A stretch of DNA of 38,810 bases from a virus. Its lineage: Duplodnaviria; Caudoviricetes. The notes under the pieces are model-generated. The model made no database searches and was not told the DNA's origin. It saw only the letters and a list, made by a program, of their open reading frames with translations. Shown here in pieces: positions 9,939 through 19,968 of the stretch (within the stretch, counting starts at the first letter, position 1; the number at the start of each line of letters is the position of its first letter). The stretch spans positions 1 through 38,810 of IMG/VR virus record IMGVR_UViG_3300037419_002027; one strand, written 5' to 3'. Both the position numbers and the translations under genes were made by a program.

Positions 9939-11159
9939 ATGGGCACCGGCAGCGGAGTTTATAAACAGGTCACCTACAAAGTGGAGACCACCTACGGCGT
10001 CATGCCATCGGCCGCGAGCGCGCAGTCGCTGCGCCGTGTCACCTCGTCCCTCGACCTCACGAAGGACACCTATCAGTCGAACGAAATCCGTCCGGACTTC
10101 CAGGTGTCGGACTTCCGCCACGGCCTACGCAAGGTCGGTGGCTCGATCAGCGGCGAGCTGTCGGCCAAGACCTACGGCGATTTCATCGCCGCGGCCGTGA
10201 AAAAGGACTGGGTTGCCGGCGTCAGCGTGACGGGCGCTTCGATTACCGTTGGCGGGGCCACCGGCGCCTGGACGATCACGCGTGCGGCTGGGTCGTGGTT
10301 GACCGACGGCGTCAAGATCGGTGACGTCGTGCGCCTGACGGCCGGAGCGTTTAATGCCAATAACCTGAACAAGAACATCCAGGTCACGGCCGTGACTGCG
10401 CTGGGCCTGACCGGCATCACGCTGAACGGTTCCAACATGACTGCGGAAGGCCCGATCGCGAGTGCTACGTTGTCCGTCGTCGGCAAAAAGACCATGGTTC
10501 CGCAGACGGGCCACACGGACAAGTCGTTCTCGATCGAGCACTGGCACCCGGACGTCGGCGCCACGGGCGCGAGCGAGGTGTTCACCGGCTGCAAGGTCTC
10601 GAAGGTCACGTTCACGCTGCCCGCGACCGGCATGGCGACGGTTGCAGTCGAGTTCAGCGGGAAGGATGCGACGCCGGGCACGGCGCAGTACTTCACGAGC
10701 CCGACGCCGGTTACTGTGACAGGCGTGATGGCGGCCGTGAATGGGGTTGTCAAGGTCGGCACGGCTACCGGCGGCACCATCACCAGCGCGAGCATCGAGA
10801 TCTCGTGCGCGCAGTCGAGCGAACCGGGCATCGGTTCGAACGTCGCTGACCAGGTCGCTACCGGGCGCGTCATCGTCACGGGCCAGATCACCGCGAAATT
10901 CGATTCGACCGCTCTGCGTGACTCGTTCTACAACGAGACCGAGACCAGCGCGTACCTCGCCTTCACGGCCGACAACACGGCAAGCTCGGACTTCCTCGCA
11001 TTCGCCATCAACCGCCTGAAGACGAACGGTGCGTCGAAGGATGACGGCGAAAAGATCTTGATCCAGACGATCCCGTTCCAGGCGCTGCTGAACGCCGACG
11101 GCGGCGCCGGCCAGCCGGAAGACCTGACCACCATCGCCATCCAGGATTCGGCCGTCTAA
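9939..11159 (+). CDS. Major tail tube protein
   Basis: AAGGAG RBS; ETTYG, SNEIRPD, SFSIE, FTGCKV motifs; synteny. Confidence 0.88.
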   Translation: MGTGSGVYKQVTYKVETTYGVMPSAASAQSLRRVTSSLDLTKDTYQSNEIRPDFQVSDFRHGLRKVGGSISGELSAKTYGDFIAAAVKKDWVAGVSVTGASITVGGATGAWTITRAAGSWLTDGVKIGDVVRLTAGAFNANNLNKNIQVTAVTALGLTGITLNGSNMTAEGPIASATLSVVGKKTMVPQTGHTDKSFSIEHWHPDVGATGASEVFTGCKVSKVTFTLPATGMATVAVEFSGKDATPGTAQYFTSPTPVTVTGVMAAVNGVVKVGTATGGTITSASIEISCAQSSEPGIGSNVADQVATGRVIVTGQITAKFDSTALRDSFYNETETSAYLAFTADNTASSDFLAFAINRLKTNGASKDDGEKILIQTIPFQALLNADGGAGQPEDLTTIAIQDSAV

Positions 11160-11270
11160 CCGTTTCGCCGCCACGTGCGGCAATCCAGGCACCGACTGGT
11201 CGCCGTCGCCTTTCGCGGGCGCGGCGGCCGGCACGGGCAATAAATCAACCTCTCCGCGAAAGAGAAAATC

Positions 11271-11720
11271 ATGAACGCAAACGCTCAACCGTCCAACCTG
11301 CTGACCAAACTGGTGGACTCCCTGAACATCGACGCCTTCGACGACGTGCCGACCGGTCGCCTCGTCTTGGTGAACCCGAAGACAAAGGAACCGACCAGCA
11401 CGTACATCGAACTGGCAAGCCCGGAGCACGAATCGCGCAAGCGCATCGATCTCGCGCGCACCCGCAAGCTGCGTGCCGAGTTCGCGGCCACGGGCAAGAT
11501 GCCGTCGACGGATCCTCTGGAAGACCAGGAAGACGAGACCGATTATCTGGTCGCTTCTGTCCTCGGCTGGAACATCGCCCGTGCTGGCCAGCAGGTCGAG
11601 TGCACGCCGACCAACGTGCGCGCGCTGCTCACTGACCCGACGAAGCAGTGGCTGCGCGGCCAGGTGCGCGCAGGCATCCACAAAACCGAGCTTTTTATCG
11701 CCGACTCCGCGAAAGCCTGA
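11271..11720 (+). CDS. Tail assembly chaperone (gpG-like)
   Basis: Between tail tube and tape measure; overlapped by a -1-frame ORF. Confidence 0.8.
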   Translation: MNANAQPSNLLTKLVDSLNIDAFDDVPTGRLVLVNPKTKEPTSTYIELASPEHESRKRIDLARTRKLRAEFAATGKMPSTDPLEDQEDETDYLVASVLGWNIARAGQQVECTPTNVRALLTDPTKQWLRGQVRAGIHKTELFIADSAKA

Positions 11721-12043
11721 CGGAGTGCTGCCGCGCCGAGTACGAGCTGTCGGCGCGGCTCGGTGACGGCGCCACGCTGCGAACGCACCTGCAGCGCGCC
11801 GCGAAGAACACTGGCGAACAAGACCCGCGCCTGAACATCGAATGGCCGCGTGCGGGGCGCCCGATTTGGGATGCGTTCCGCCGCATCGGTCGTTCGATGA
11901 CGACGAATGGTCCCGGGCCGATCACGCCGCTGGACATCTTGGCATACCAGACGCTGTATGGCTTGACGTTCACGCCGTGGGAGCTCGAGGTAATCGACGC
12001 GTTCGATGCGATCGCGCTCGAGGCGATGCACGAGAAAGACTGA
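11692..12043 (+). CDS. Tail chaperone frameshift extension (gpT-like, -1 frame)
   Basis: No clear independent start; GPGPITPLDILAY..TPWE..I..D pattern; candidate slip at CTT TTT A (11691-11697). Confidence 0.7.
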
Positions 12044-12082
12044 AGGGCGCCCACGCGGCGCCCGTTTTCATTGGAGAACCGG

Positions 12083-15000
12083 ATGATCATCGGCGACATG
12101 GAAATCCGCCTGCGCGCCGACATCGCGCGCCTGCAGCGCGATATGGACGATGCCCGCCGCGTTGTCGGTGGCGCCGTGAACGGAATCGCCGAGATGGCGA
12201 AAATGGCCAGGGGAGCGTTGATCGGCATGGCCGCGGGCATTTCGTTTGCCGCGCTCCTGCACCAGGTCGTCGACGCCCAGCGCGAATTCGACAAACTGAA
12301 CGCCTCGCTCATCACTGCGACGGGATCGACCACGAATGCCGCGGTCGCATTCAAAGCGCTGCAGTCGTTCGCCGCCACGACGCCGTACAGCGTGCAGGAG
12401 GCGACCGAGGCGTTCATCAAGATGCGCAACCTCGGCCTGGATCCTTCGGAGCGCGCGCTGCGCTCCTACGGCAACACGGCGGCGGCAATGGGCAAGGGCC
12501 TCAATCAGATGGTCGAAGCTGTTGCAGATGCCGCGACAGGCGAGTTCGAACGTCTGAAGGAATTCGGCATCACTGCCAAGCAGAACGGGGACCGCGTTGC
12601 CCTGACGTTCAAGGGCATGACGGCCAATATCGGGAACAACGCAAAGGAGATCCAGGACTACCTGCGCAAGATCGGTGAGACGGACTTCGGCGGTGGCATG
12701 GAGCTGCGCGCGGCGACTTTGGACGGCGCGATCAGCAACCTGGGCGACACTTGGCAGAGTACCCTGCGCACGATCGCATCCAACGGCATCGGCGAGGCCA
12801 TGCTGTCAGGTGTACTGGCCGTCAGCGGCGCGCTGCAGGACCTGAGTGCGATCCTTGACGCAGTCGGCGGCGCGGCCAGCAAGGAAGGGAAGGCGGTGCA
12901 GGAGGCCAGCGGACTGCATGTCGTCCTGACGACGACCTTCGAGGCCCTGGCTGTCGTGGGCACGAACATCGCTTACGTCTTCCAGACGATCGGCAAGGAC
13001 ATCGGCGCATTCGCCGCGCAGGCCGTGATGCTGTTTAGCGGTGGCATGAAAGGGCTCGTCGACGGATCCTCGCTAAAGGCGGTCCAAGACATCGGCCGTG
13101 CGCGCGTGGCCGAGGCCGAGGAGGAGCGCAAGGCCGTCGACGCGAAAAGTGACGCTATCCTTGGCGCCGCAAAGAAATCCCAGGCCGCGCAGGACGCAGA
13201 AACGGAGAACCTGAAAAAGAACACGACCGACCGGCTCGCGCAGTTTGGTCTCGTTCTGACGGCTGAGCAGAAGCGGGATAAAGCGCTGAATGACACGCTG
13301 GACCTGCGCAACAGGCTGAATGGCGTGAACGCCCAAACGGCCGGCGAATTGAGCAAGCTGAAGACTGCCCTCGACACCGGGGCCATCAGCCAGGCCGAGT
13401 ACAACCGCTACGTTGCCCAGGTCAATAAGGACGCAACCGAGAATTCGACCGTCTACAAGAATGCAGTAAAGCAAATCGATTTGCAGACGTCTGCACTGCA
13501 GCGGCAGGCGGCGGCTCGCGCGTTCGACAATCAGCAGGCTCAGCTGCAGATCGATTTCCTGAAACGTACCGGGCAGTTGAACGACGAGGACGCCATCAAC
13601 AAGGCGGCCGATGCGGACCTGAGGGCTTTGCGCGACCAGCGTGATGCCTTGGAAGCGCAGAAGAAGCTGCAGAGCGGCAAAATCGACAATCAGGGCAAAG
13701 TACGTGAACTGCAGGGGCAGATAGACCAAGCCGGCCGTGACATCGATACGCGCGAGCTGAAGCGCGGTAATGACCTGTTCGAACTGGACCAGAAGCGGTA
13801 CCGCGAGGCGGCCGGTAATTACGCGGACATCCTCGAGGCGACGCAGGCTCAGTCGAAGGCCCAGCAGGATGCGGTGCGTGATGGCCAGGATGAGATCGAC
13901 ATGCTCGGCATGACGTCGAAGCAGATCGCCGAGGTCACAGCGCAGCGCTTGCGCGATCAGGCCGCAATCCTCGAGCAGCGTGCCGCGACCCAAGACCTCG
14001 TGGATTGGACTGGCCAACTTGGCGCCGAGAGCCGCAAGCAGGCGGAAGCGCTGCGTGCCCAGGCCGACCAAACGGTGCTGAAGGAGGAGCTGACCCGCCA
14101 GAAGGAACTGTGGGGCCAGATCGAGAGCACAGCCCACGACACTTTCATCAGCATCTTTGACAGCGGGAAGTCAGTATTCGACCGGTTGCGAGACACGCTG
14201 AAGAACGGTTTGCTCGAGCTGCTGTACCAGATGACCCTCAAGAAGTGGGTCTTCCAAATGCAGGCCGATTACGTTGGTTCAACGCTGGCCAGCGCGGGCG
14301 CATCGTCGGCGAGCGGGCTGACTGGCGCCGCGAACACGGCCGTCAACGGCGCGTCGCTCCTCAAGGGCGGAAGCCTTCTGAACGGTGCTGGCAGCGCGAT
14401 CGCCAGTGTCGGCAATTTTGTCGGATCGAGCTCGCTCTCGGCGTTCGGTGCCGGGTTCGCTGGAAACACGGCTGGGATGGCTACCACGGCTGCCGAGACG
14501 TTCTCGAGCGCCGGAATGGCGGCAGAAGCGAGCGCTGCAAGCCTTGGGGCGAGCGTGGCCGCGGCGCTGCCGTATGTAGCGGCAGCGGTCGCCGCATTCG
14601 CGATCCTGAAAAAGGGATTCGGTCATGGCGCAACGGAGGTCGGAAGCCAGGGCCTGCGCGGTACGTTGACGGCTGGCAGCGTCAGTGGTGAGTCGTACCA
14701 AAACCTGCACCAGGATGGCGGCTGGTTCACCAGCGATCGGAACTGGACCGATACAAAGGCTCTCAGCGCCGAATTGAGCAAGCAGCTCACCGAGGGGCTG
14801 ACGTCGATCGAGACGGCCACGGCCGGTTTCGCGAAGTCGCTGGGCGTGTCGGCCGATTGGATCACCAGCTACAGCAAGACGTTCGACATCAAGCTGACCG
14901 GAGACCAGACGAAAGACGCACAGGCAATCACCGATTTTTTCAGTGGTGTGAGCGACGAAATCGCTTCGCGCCTGGTGCCGAACTTATCCGATTTCACGAA

Positions 15001-16780
15001 GTCGGGCGAGACGGCCGCCGCCGCTCTGGAACGGCTTGCAGGTGACTTCCAAGGGACGGACCAGGTCGCGCAGCTGCTGGGCAGGTCGGCCAATGCCATG
15101 TTCGGCGCGGTCGGGCTGGAGTCGGCAACGGCACGCGAAAAGCTGATCAGCGCGGCCGGTGGGTTGTCGACGTTGAGCCAGCAGGCGCAATCGTTCAACC
15201 AGGGCTTTCTGACGGACGCCGAGCGGCTCGTGCCAGTCCAGAAGGCGCTGTCCGATGCATTGTCGTCTCTCGGCTATACCAGCCTGCAGACGCGCGATGA
15301 TTTCAAGAGCGCGATCAACGGGCTTATCGAGTCGGGCGCGTCGGCAACGGACGAGGGCGCGAAGAAGTTGGCCGGCCTGCTCGCGTTGACGGACGTGTTC
15401 GCGCAGGTGCATCCGGAAACGGCGACGAAGGCTCTGCAGGAGAAGCAGGATCTGCAGGACCAGCTCGACGAATTGACGATGACGTCGACCCAGCTGCTGG
15501 CCAAGCAGCGCGACGCCTTGGACGACAGCAACAAGGCATTATTCGACCAGGTGCGGGCGATCAAGTCGGTGAAGGATGCCGCGACCGTGCTGACGGGCGA
15601 CGTCGACAGCGCGTTCTCCGTACTGCAGAAGGTGGTCGAGCGCGAAAAGGCTGCGGTCCAGACGACGATCGATGCACATCAGGCAGCGGTCGACGTGCTG
15701 CAGGGCTTGGCCGACACGATCAAGAGCACGCTGAGCAGCCTGAGCACGTCGGATCAGAAGTTTATGGAACGATCCCGTGCGCAAGCCGAGATCCGCGCCG
15801 ACCTGGCGATCAGGAAGGCCGGCGGCACGCTGTCGACCGATCAGATCGAGTCGCTGAAAACGGCGCTGGGGGCGGTGACACAGGATGCGTCCGGCAAGTT
15901 CGCGACGTATCAGGAATACCTGAAGGACCTGTACCAGACGCAGTCCGACATCGCGCAGCTCGGCGACGTCACCGACGATTCGCTGTGGGTGGAAAAGGCT
16001 GCACTGGAGGCCGCGCAGGCGCAACTGAAGTCGCTCGACTCGGCCCTGACGAAGGCGCAGGACCAGATCGACGTGCTGAAGGGGCAGTCGACCACGCTGC
16101 TGTCGATCGATCAGGCGATACAGGGTCTTTCGACCGCGATCCTGGCCGCGCAGGCGAACCCGGTTGTGTCGGCTACTTCGGCTATCAATACGGCTTACCA
16201 GAGCTCGCTCGGTCGGTCGGCGGACTCCACAGGCCTGGCGTACTGGCAGCAGCAGGCAGCCTCGGGCGTGCCGGTCGGTGACATCACTCAGGCAATCGCA
16301 ACCTCGCCAGAGGCAACGATCCGTGGAATGTACGACACGATGCTTCACCGTTCGGCAGGTGCAAAAGAGCTCAATTACTGGCTCACGCAGATGAGGAACG
16401 GCACGAGCCTGTCGGCGATCAGTAATGCGATCGCTACCAGCAGTGAGGCGCTCGGGAAGGTGCCGGGCTTCGCAACCGGCGGCGACTTTGGCGGCGGCTG
16501 GCGCATCGTTGGCGAGAACGGTCCGGAGCTCGAGGCAACTGGCCCTGCTCGCATCTTCAGCGCGAGCAAGACGTCGGACCTGTTCTCGCGTTTCACCAGC
16601 CCATCGAGCAACAACGACGCGCTGGTAGCCGAGGTGAAAGCTTTGCGCCAGGAAGTGCAGGCGTTCCGCCTCGCAAACAGCGCCGAAAACCTGGCCATCG
16701 CCAAGCATTCGGCCAAATCTGCCGATGCGCTGGACGGTGCTGTAAATGGCGAGCGGCCGCTGCTCACGGCAACTGAATAA
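12083..16780 (+). CDS. Tape measure protein
   Basis: GGAG RBS; about 1565 aa, Ala-rich helical; FAATTPYSV, ADAATGEFERLKEFG; C-terminal GFATGG..VGENGPE. Confidence 0.95.
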   Translation: MIIGDMEIRLRADIARLQRDMDDARRVVGGAVNGIAEMAKMARGALIGMAAGISFAALLHQVVDAQREFDKLNASLITATGSTTNAAVAFKALQSFAATTPYSVQEATEAFIKMRNLGLDPSERALRSYGNTAAAMGKGLNQMVEAVADAATGEFERLKEFGITAKQNGDRVALTFKGMTANIGNNAKEIQDYLRKIGETDFGGGMELRAATLDGAISNLGDTWQSTLRTIASNGIGEAMLSGVLAVSGALQDLSAILDAVGGAASKEGKAVQEASGLHVVLTTTFEALAVVGTNIAYVFQTIGKDIGAFAAQAVMLFSGGMKGLVDGSSLKAVQDIGRARVAEAEEERKAVDAKSDAILGAAKKSQAAQDAETENLKKNTTDRLAQFGLVLTAEQKRDKALNDTLDLRNRLNGVNAQTAGELSKLKTALDTGAISQAEYNRYVAQVNKDATENSTVYKNAVKQIDLQTSALQRQAAARAFDNQQAQLQIDFLKRTGQLNDEDAINKAADADLRALRDQRDALEAQKKLQSGKIDNQGKVRELQGQIDQAGRDIDTRELKRGNDLFELDQKRYREAAGNYADILEATQAQSKAQQDAVRDGQDEIDMLGMTSKQIAEVTAQRLRDQAAILEQRAATQDLVDWTGQLGAESRKQAEALRAQADQTVLKEELTRQKELWGQIESTAHDTFISIFDSGKSVFDRLRDTLKNGLLELLYQMTLKKWVFQMQADYVGSTLASAGASSASGLTGAANTAVNGASLLKGGSLLNGAGSAIASVGNFVGSSSLSAFGAGFAGNTAGMATTAAETFSSAGMAAEASAASLGASVAAALPYVAAAVAAFAILKKGFGHGATEVGSQGLRGTLTAGSVSGESYQNLHQDGGWFTSDRNWTDTKALSAELSKQLTEGLTSIETATAGFAKSLGVSADWITSYSKTFDIKLTGDQTKDAQAITDFFSGVSDEIASRLVPNLSDFTKSGETAAAALERLAGDFQGTDQVAQLLGRSANAMFGAVGLESATAREKLISAAGGLSTLSQQAQSFNQGFLTDAERLVPVQKALSDALSSLGYTSLQTRDDFKSAINGLIESGASATDEGAKKLAGLLALTDVFAQVHPETATKALQEKQDLQDQLDELTMTSTQLLAKQRDALDDSNKALFDQVRAIKSVKDAATVLTGDVDSAFSVLQKVVEREKAAVQTTIDAHQAAVDVLQGLADTIKSTLSSLSTSDQKFMERSRAQAEIRADLAIRKAGGTLSTDQIESLKTALGAVTQDASGKFATYQEYLKDLYQTQSDIAQLGDVTDDSLWVEKAALEAAQAQLKSLDSALTKAQDQIDVLKGQSTTLLSIDQAIQGLSTAILAAQANPVVSATSAINTAYQSSLGRSADSTGLAYWQQQAASGVPVGDITQAIATSPEATIRGMYDTMLHRSAGAKELNYWLTQMRNGTSLSAISNAIATSSEALGKVPGFATGGDFGGGWRIVGENGPELEATGPARIFSASKTSDLFSRFTSPSSNNDALVAEVKALRQEVQAFRLANSAENLAIAKHSAKSADALDGAVNGERPLLTATE

Positions 16781-16791
16781 GGTAAATACCT

Positions 16792-18339
16792 ATGATGATT
16801 ATCGACCCGGTTGTGCTGGGCGACGTGGCTTGCACGCGCGCGTCGCCCAAGTGGGTATTTGATCGAGCCGGCACACTAGTACAGGTGCCAGCCAATACCC
16901 TGGCGGTGACATATGACCCAAGCGACCTGACGAAGGCGCCGTATGCGCTGGCTGAGCAGGCGGCGACGAACGTTATCCCTTACTCGAGTGATTTCGGCGC
17001 GTGGTCGCGGCTGGGCGGTGGTAGCGGTAATCCGCCGGAAGTATCGCTTAATGCCGCCCCGGGTCCCGATGGGTCGTTGACCGCAGCACGCATAGTCTTC
17101 AATTCAAACTCAGGTCTCACGCTTGATGATAAGAGCATCCTGGCATGCGTTCCGAGCCCGGTAACCTTGGGGAAAGCGTACACGTGGAGCATGCTTGTCA
17201 AGGGTCCAGCTGGCGGTAATTTGATGGTGCGCGGCGTTGGCACGGTCAACTACACGCTGGTGATTTTGACCGGGGCATGGCAGCTTATTCAGGCTACTGA
17301 AACAGCCGTGGCGCCTAATTTCGAGTTCGGGCTGCGTCAGGGCACGAACGTCGGACTGATCTTGGGGTCGCTCACTGTTGATGTGATGTTCGCGCAAATG
17401 GAGATTGGCACGCGCGCTACCAGCTATATCCCCACCGCTGGAGTGGCAGTTACGCGCGCGGCCGATGTCATCGCCTCTGGTGCCGGGCTGGTGTATTCGA
17501 ACGTCCCGATCACGGAGACGGCTTATAGCAGCACGGCGACTTACGCGCAAAACGTGATCGTCTACGATCCGGCAACCTACATGCAGTACCAATCGCTCAT
17601 CGCCAACAACACCGGGAAGGCGCTGACCGATATCACCTCATGGACTCCACTGCTGACGACTGTGAACCGCTGGTCGATGTTCGACCAGTACAACAACACG
17701 CAGACGAGCAACGCCGAGGAAATCATAGTCGTGCTTCAGCCGAAAGCGCTCGCGCAGGGCGTCTACATCGGCAATGCCGATGCGAGCGACATTCGCATCT
17801 CAACGTACGACCCGACGGACGGCGTGGTGCATCAGGAAACCCAGGATCTGATCATCTCGGATTCCGGTAGCTCGTTCTACAACTGGTGCTTCAAACGGAT
17901 CCGCAAGAAGTCCTACGCCGTGTCGGTCCAACTTCCGCCTTACTACACTGGGCTTGTGACGATCTCGCTGAGGAAACCCGGCGGAACGGCGAAGTGCGGC
18001 ATGTGCGTGCTCGGCCCGCTTGTCGACGTCGGCCTCTCGCAATACGGACTGTCGCGCGAGATTAAGGACTACTCGACCGTCAACTTCAATTTCGATGGCA
18101 CGAGCAACGTCGTGAAACGCAATTTCGCAAAGATCATGGACGTCGATGTCCTTATCGACAACGTCTATATCGACAGCATTATCGAGTCCCTCGAGAACTA
18201 CCGGCAGAAGCCCGTCGCTTGGATCGGCGCTGCGGCATATGGGTCCGCATGCCTGTATGGCACGTACACCAGTTTTAAGAACGTCATTCAATACCCGACT
18301 CAGTCGGCAATGAACCTGCAAATCCAAGGAACTGTTTAA
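16792..18339 (+). CDS. Distal tail / tail-tip protein with inserted carbohydrate-binding-like domain
   Basis: First gene after tape measure; TRAS..AQMEIG..ATSYIPT..TRAAD insert; NRWSMFD core. Confidence 0.7.
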   Translation: MMIIDPVVLGDVACTRASPKWVFDRAGTLVQVPANTLAVTYDPSDLTKAPYALAEQAATNVIPYSSDFGAWSRLGGGSGNPPEVSLNAAPGPDGSLTAARIVFNSNSGLTLDDKSILACVPSPVTLGKAYTWSMLVKGPAGGNLMVRGVGTVNYTLVILTGAWQLIQATETAVAPNFEFGLRQGTNVGLILGSLTVDVMFAQMEIGTRATSYIPTAGVAVTRAADVIASGAGLVYSNVPITETAYSSTATYAQNVIVYDPATYMQYQSLIANNTGKALTDITSWTPLLTTVNRWSMFDQYNNTQTSNAEEIIVVLQPKALAQGVYIGNADASDIRISTYDPTDGVVHQETQDLIISDSGSSFYNWCFKRIRKKSYAVSVQLPPYYTGLVTISLRKPGGTAKCGMCVLGPLVDVGLSQYGLSREIKDYSTVNFNFDGTSNVVKRNFAKIMDVDVLIDNVYIDSIIESLENYRQKPVAWIGAAAYGSACLYGTYTSFKNVIQYPTQSAMNLQIQGTV

Positions 18340-19376
18340 TGGCAATCACTACGTTGCTCGACCCTGCGCTGCTGCCGGCGCGAACGATGGACCAAGCCGC
18401 GTTCGACGACGCCATGGCATACCTGATGGCGAACCTGCCGACCTGGGGCGCACAGACGAATGCGCTCCAAGCCAACCTGAACAGCATCGCTGCTGGTGGA
18501 GCGTATGCGCTGGCGTATAAGTGGGGCTCCACAGTTAATGCCTCCATTGGTTTTACGCCAGGTGGTTTTGTCACCTTCGGCAACGGCGTCGATAATAATA
18601 TTGTCGTTGCCCCCGCAAGTGCAACTGTACTGTTTTTAGACACAAAAGACGCGGCGGGCGCATCGACTTCCTCGTTGTTGCCCAGCCTTACATCCGGGAA
18701 TACCAGCACGATCAAAGGGCACGTCAGGATCGTAAAACTAGGCGACCCAAGTAAATGGGCGCGGTTCTCCGTCACGGGGTTTAACCCGAACAGCAGCCTG
18801 TACAACAGCTTCTATATCTCATTCATTGACGCCAGCGGAACTACCCCGTTCGCAACAAGTGACTCCGTATTGGTCTACTTCCAGCGCACGGGCGACAAGG
18901 GCGATACTGGAGCTGCGGGTGTGACTCCTGGCACTTACGCTGCCAAAGTCAGTCACCGTATCGCGACCAGCACGGCGGGGGACTCAGTAGCCGGTGCAAA
19001 TACCCGCGCGCTGAACACGGTTGAGAGCAATACCATTACCGGGGCCTCGCTGGCTTCGAATACGCTGACGTTGCCGGCTGGGACATATCGATACCGCGCC
19101 CGAGCTCCTGGCTATGGAACCGGCTACCACACCTGCTATCTGTACAACACGACTAGCAGTGCCATCGTAAATCAAGGTAGCACCTCATATAACGGCGTTT
19201 CTACTGACCAGAGCGACAGCACGGTAAGTGGCTATTTCACGCTGTCGGCGCAGTCGGGCATTCAACTTCGGCACAACTTTTCGAATGCCGTAACGAGTGG
19301 CCTTGGATTAGCCTCGAACTCTATCGGCTCTGGCATCAATGTTTACGCCGAACTCGAAGTGGAGAAACTCTCGTAA
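18339..19376 (+). CDS. Tail fibre / receptor-binding protein
   Basis: Lower GC, Ser/Thr/Gly-rich; short collagen-like GDKGDTGAAG; TLPAGTY C-terminal domain. Confidence 0.7.
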   Translation: MAITTLLDPALLPARTMDQAAFDDAMAYLMANLPTWGAQTNALQANLNSIAAGGAYALAYKWGSTVNASIGFTPGGFVTFGNGVDNNIVVAPASATVLFLDTKDAAGASTSSLLPSLTSGNTSTIKGHVRIVKLGDPSKWARFSVTGFNPNSSLYNSFYISFIDASGTTPFATSDSVLVYFQRTGDKGDTGAAGVTPGTYAAKVSHRIATSTAGDSVAGANTRALNTVESNTITGASLASNTLTLPAGTYRYRARAPGYGTGYHTCYLYNTTSSAIVNQGSTSYNGVSTDQSDSTVSGYFTLSAQSGIQLRHNFSNAVTSGLGLASNSIGSGINVYAELEVEKLS

Positions 19377-19964
19377 ATGGACACCATGTATACCACTGCC
19401 GATGCACAGGGTTTGCTGAGCGCCCAGCCGATCAGCTACGTCACGTTTCTGCCCGATGGAAGCCTGGACGGCGGCTACCTGCAGGTGCCGCCTGAAGAGC
19501 ATGCCGGCCGTATGATAGCGACCGATGACGACGTGCGCCTTGCCTGGGTTTTATACCGCGCCAATGATGCGCGAGACGGCGTCGAGGTCAAACCACCGTC
19601 GCCGATCGATCTCGCGGCGCTCAAGGTCGCAAAGAACGATGAGATCAACGCGTGGCGCGCCGCGGCGAACTTGTCCACCTTCCCTCACGCCGGCAAAGAG
19701 ATCGCCTGTGATGCGCTGTCCCGATCGGACATCGACGGCGTCGCCAATAACATCGCGCTGTTCGGTGTTTTCCCCGAAGGCTTTCCCGGCGGCTGGAAGG
19801 CGACGGACAACACAATGATCCCGTTAGCCGACGTCGACGCATTTCGCGCCATGTACGCCTCGATGACCAGGCAGGGCACCGAGAATTTCAACCATGCCCA
19901 GACTTTGAAGGCGCAGCTCGCAGCAGCGAGTACGCCGGACGAGGTCGCGGCGATCGTATGGTGA
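19377..19964 (+). CDS. Fibre-associated protein (DUF4376-like)
   Basis: LKVAKNDEINAWR..WKATDN..LKAQL..AIVW pattern; follows fibre. Confidence 0.7.
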   Translation: MDTMYTTADAQGLLSAQPISYVTFLPDGSLDGGYLQVPPEEHAGRMIATDDDVRLAWVLYRANDARDGVEVKPPSPIDLAALKVAKNDEINAWRAAANLSTFPHAGKEIACDALSRSDIDGVANNIALFGVFPEGFPGGWKATDNTMIPLADVDAFRAMYASMTRQGTENFNHAQTLKAQLAAASTPDEVAAIVW

Positions 19965-19968
19965 TGCC

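Noticed and set aside
16792-19964. Diversity-generating retroelement or invertible fibre cassette
   Set aside because: No reverse transcriptase, template/variable repeat pair, duplicate fibre ends or flanking inverted sites seen
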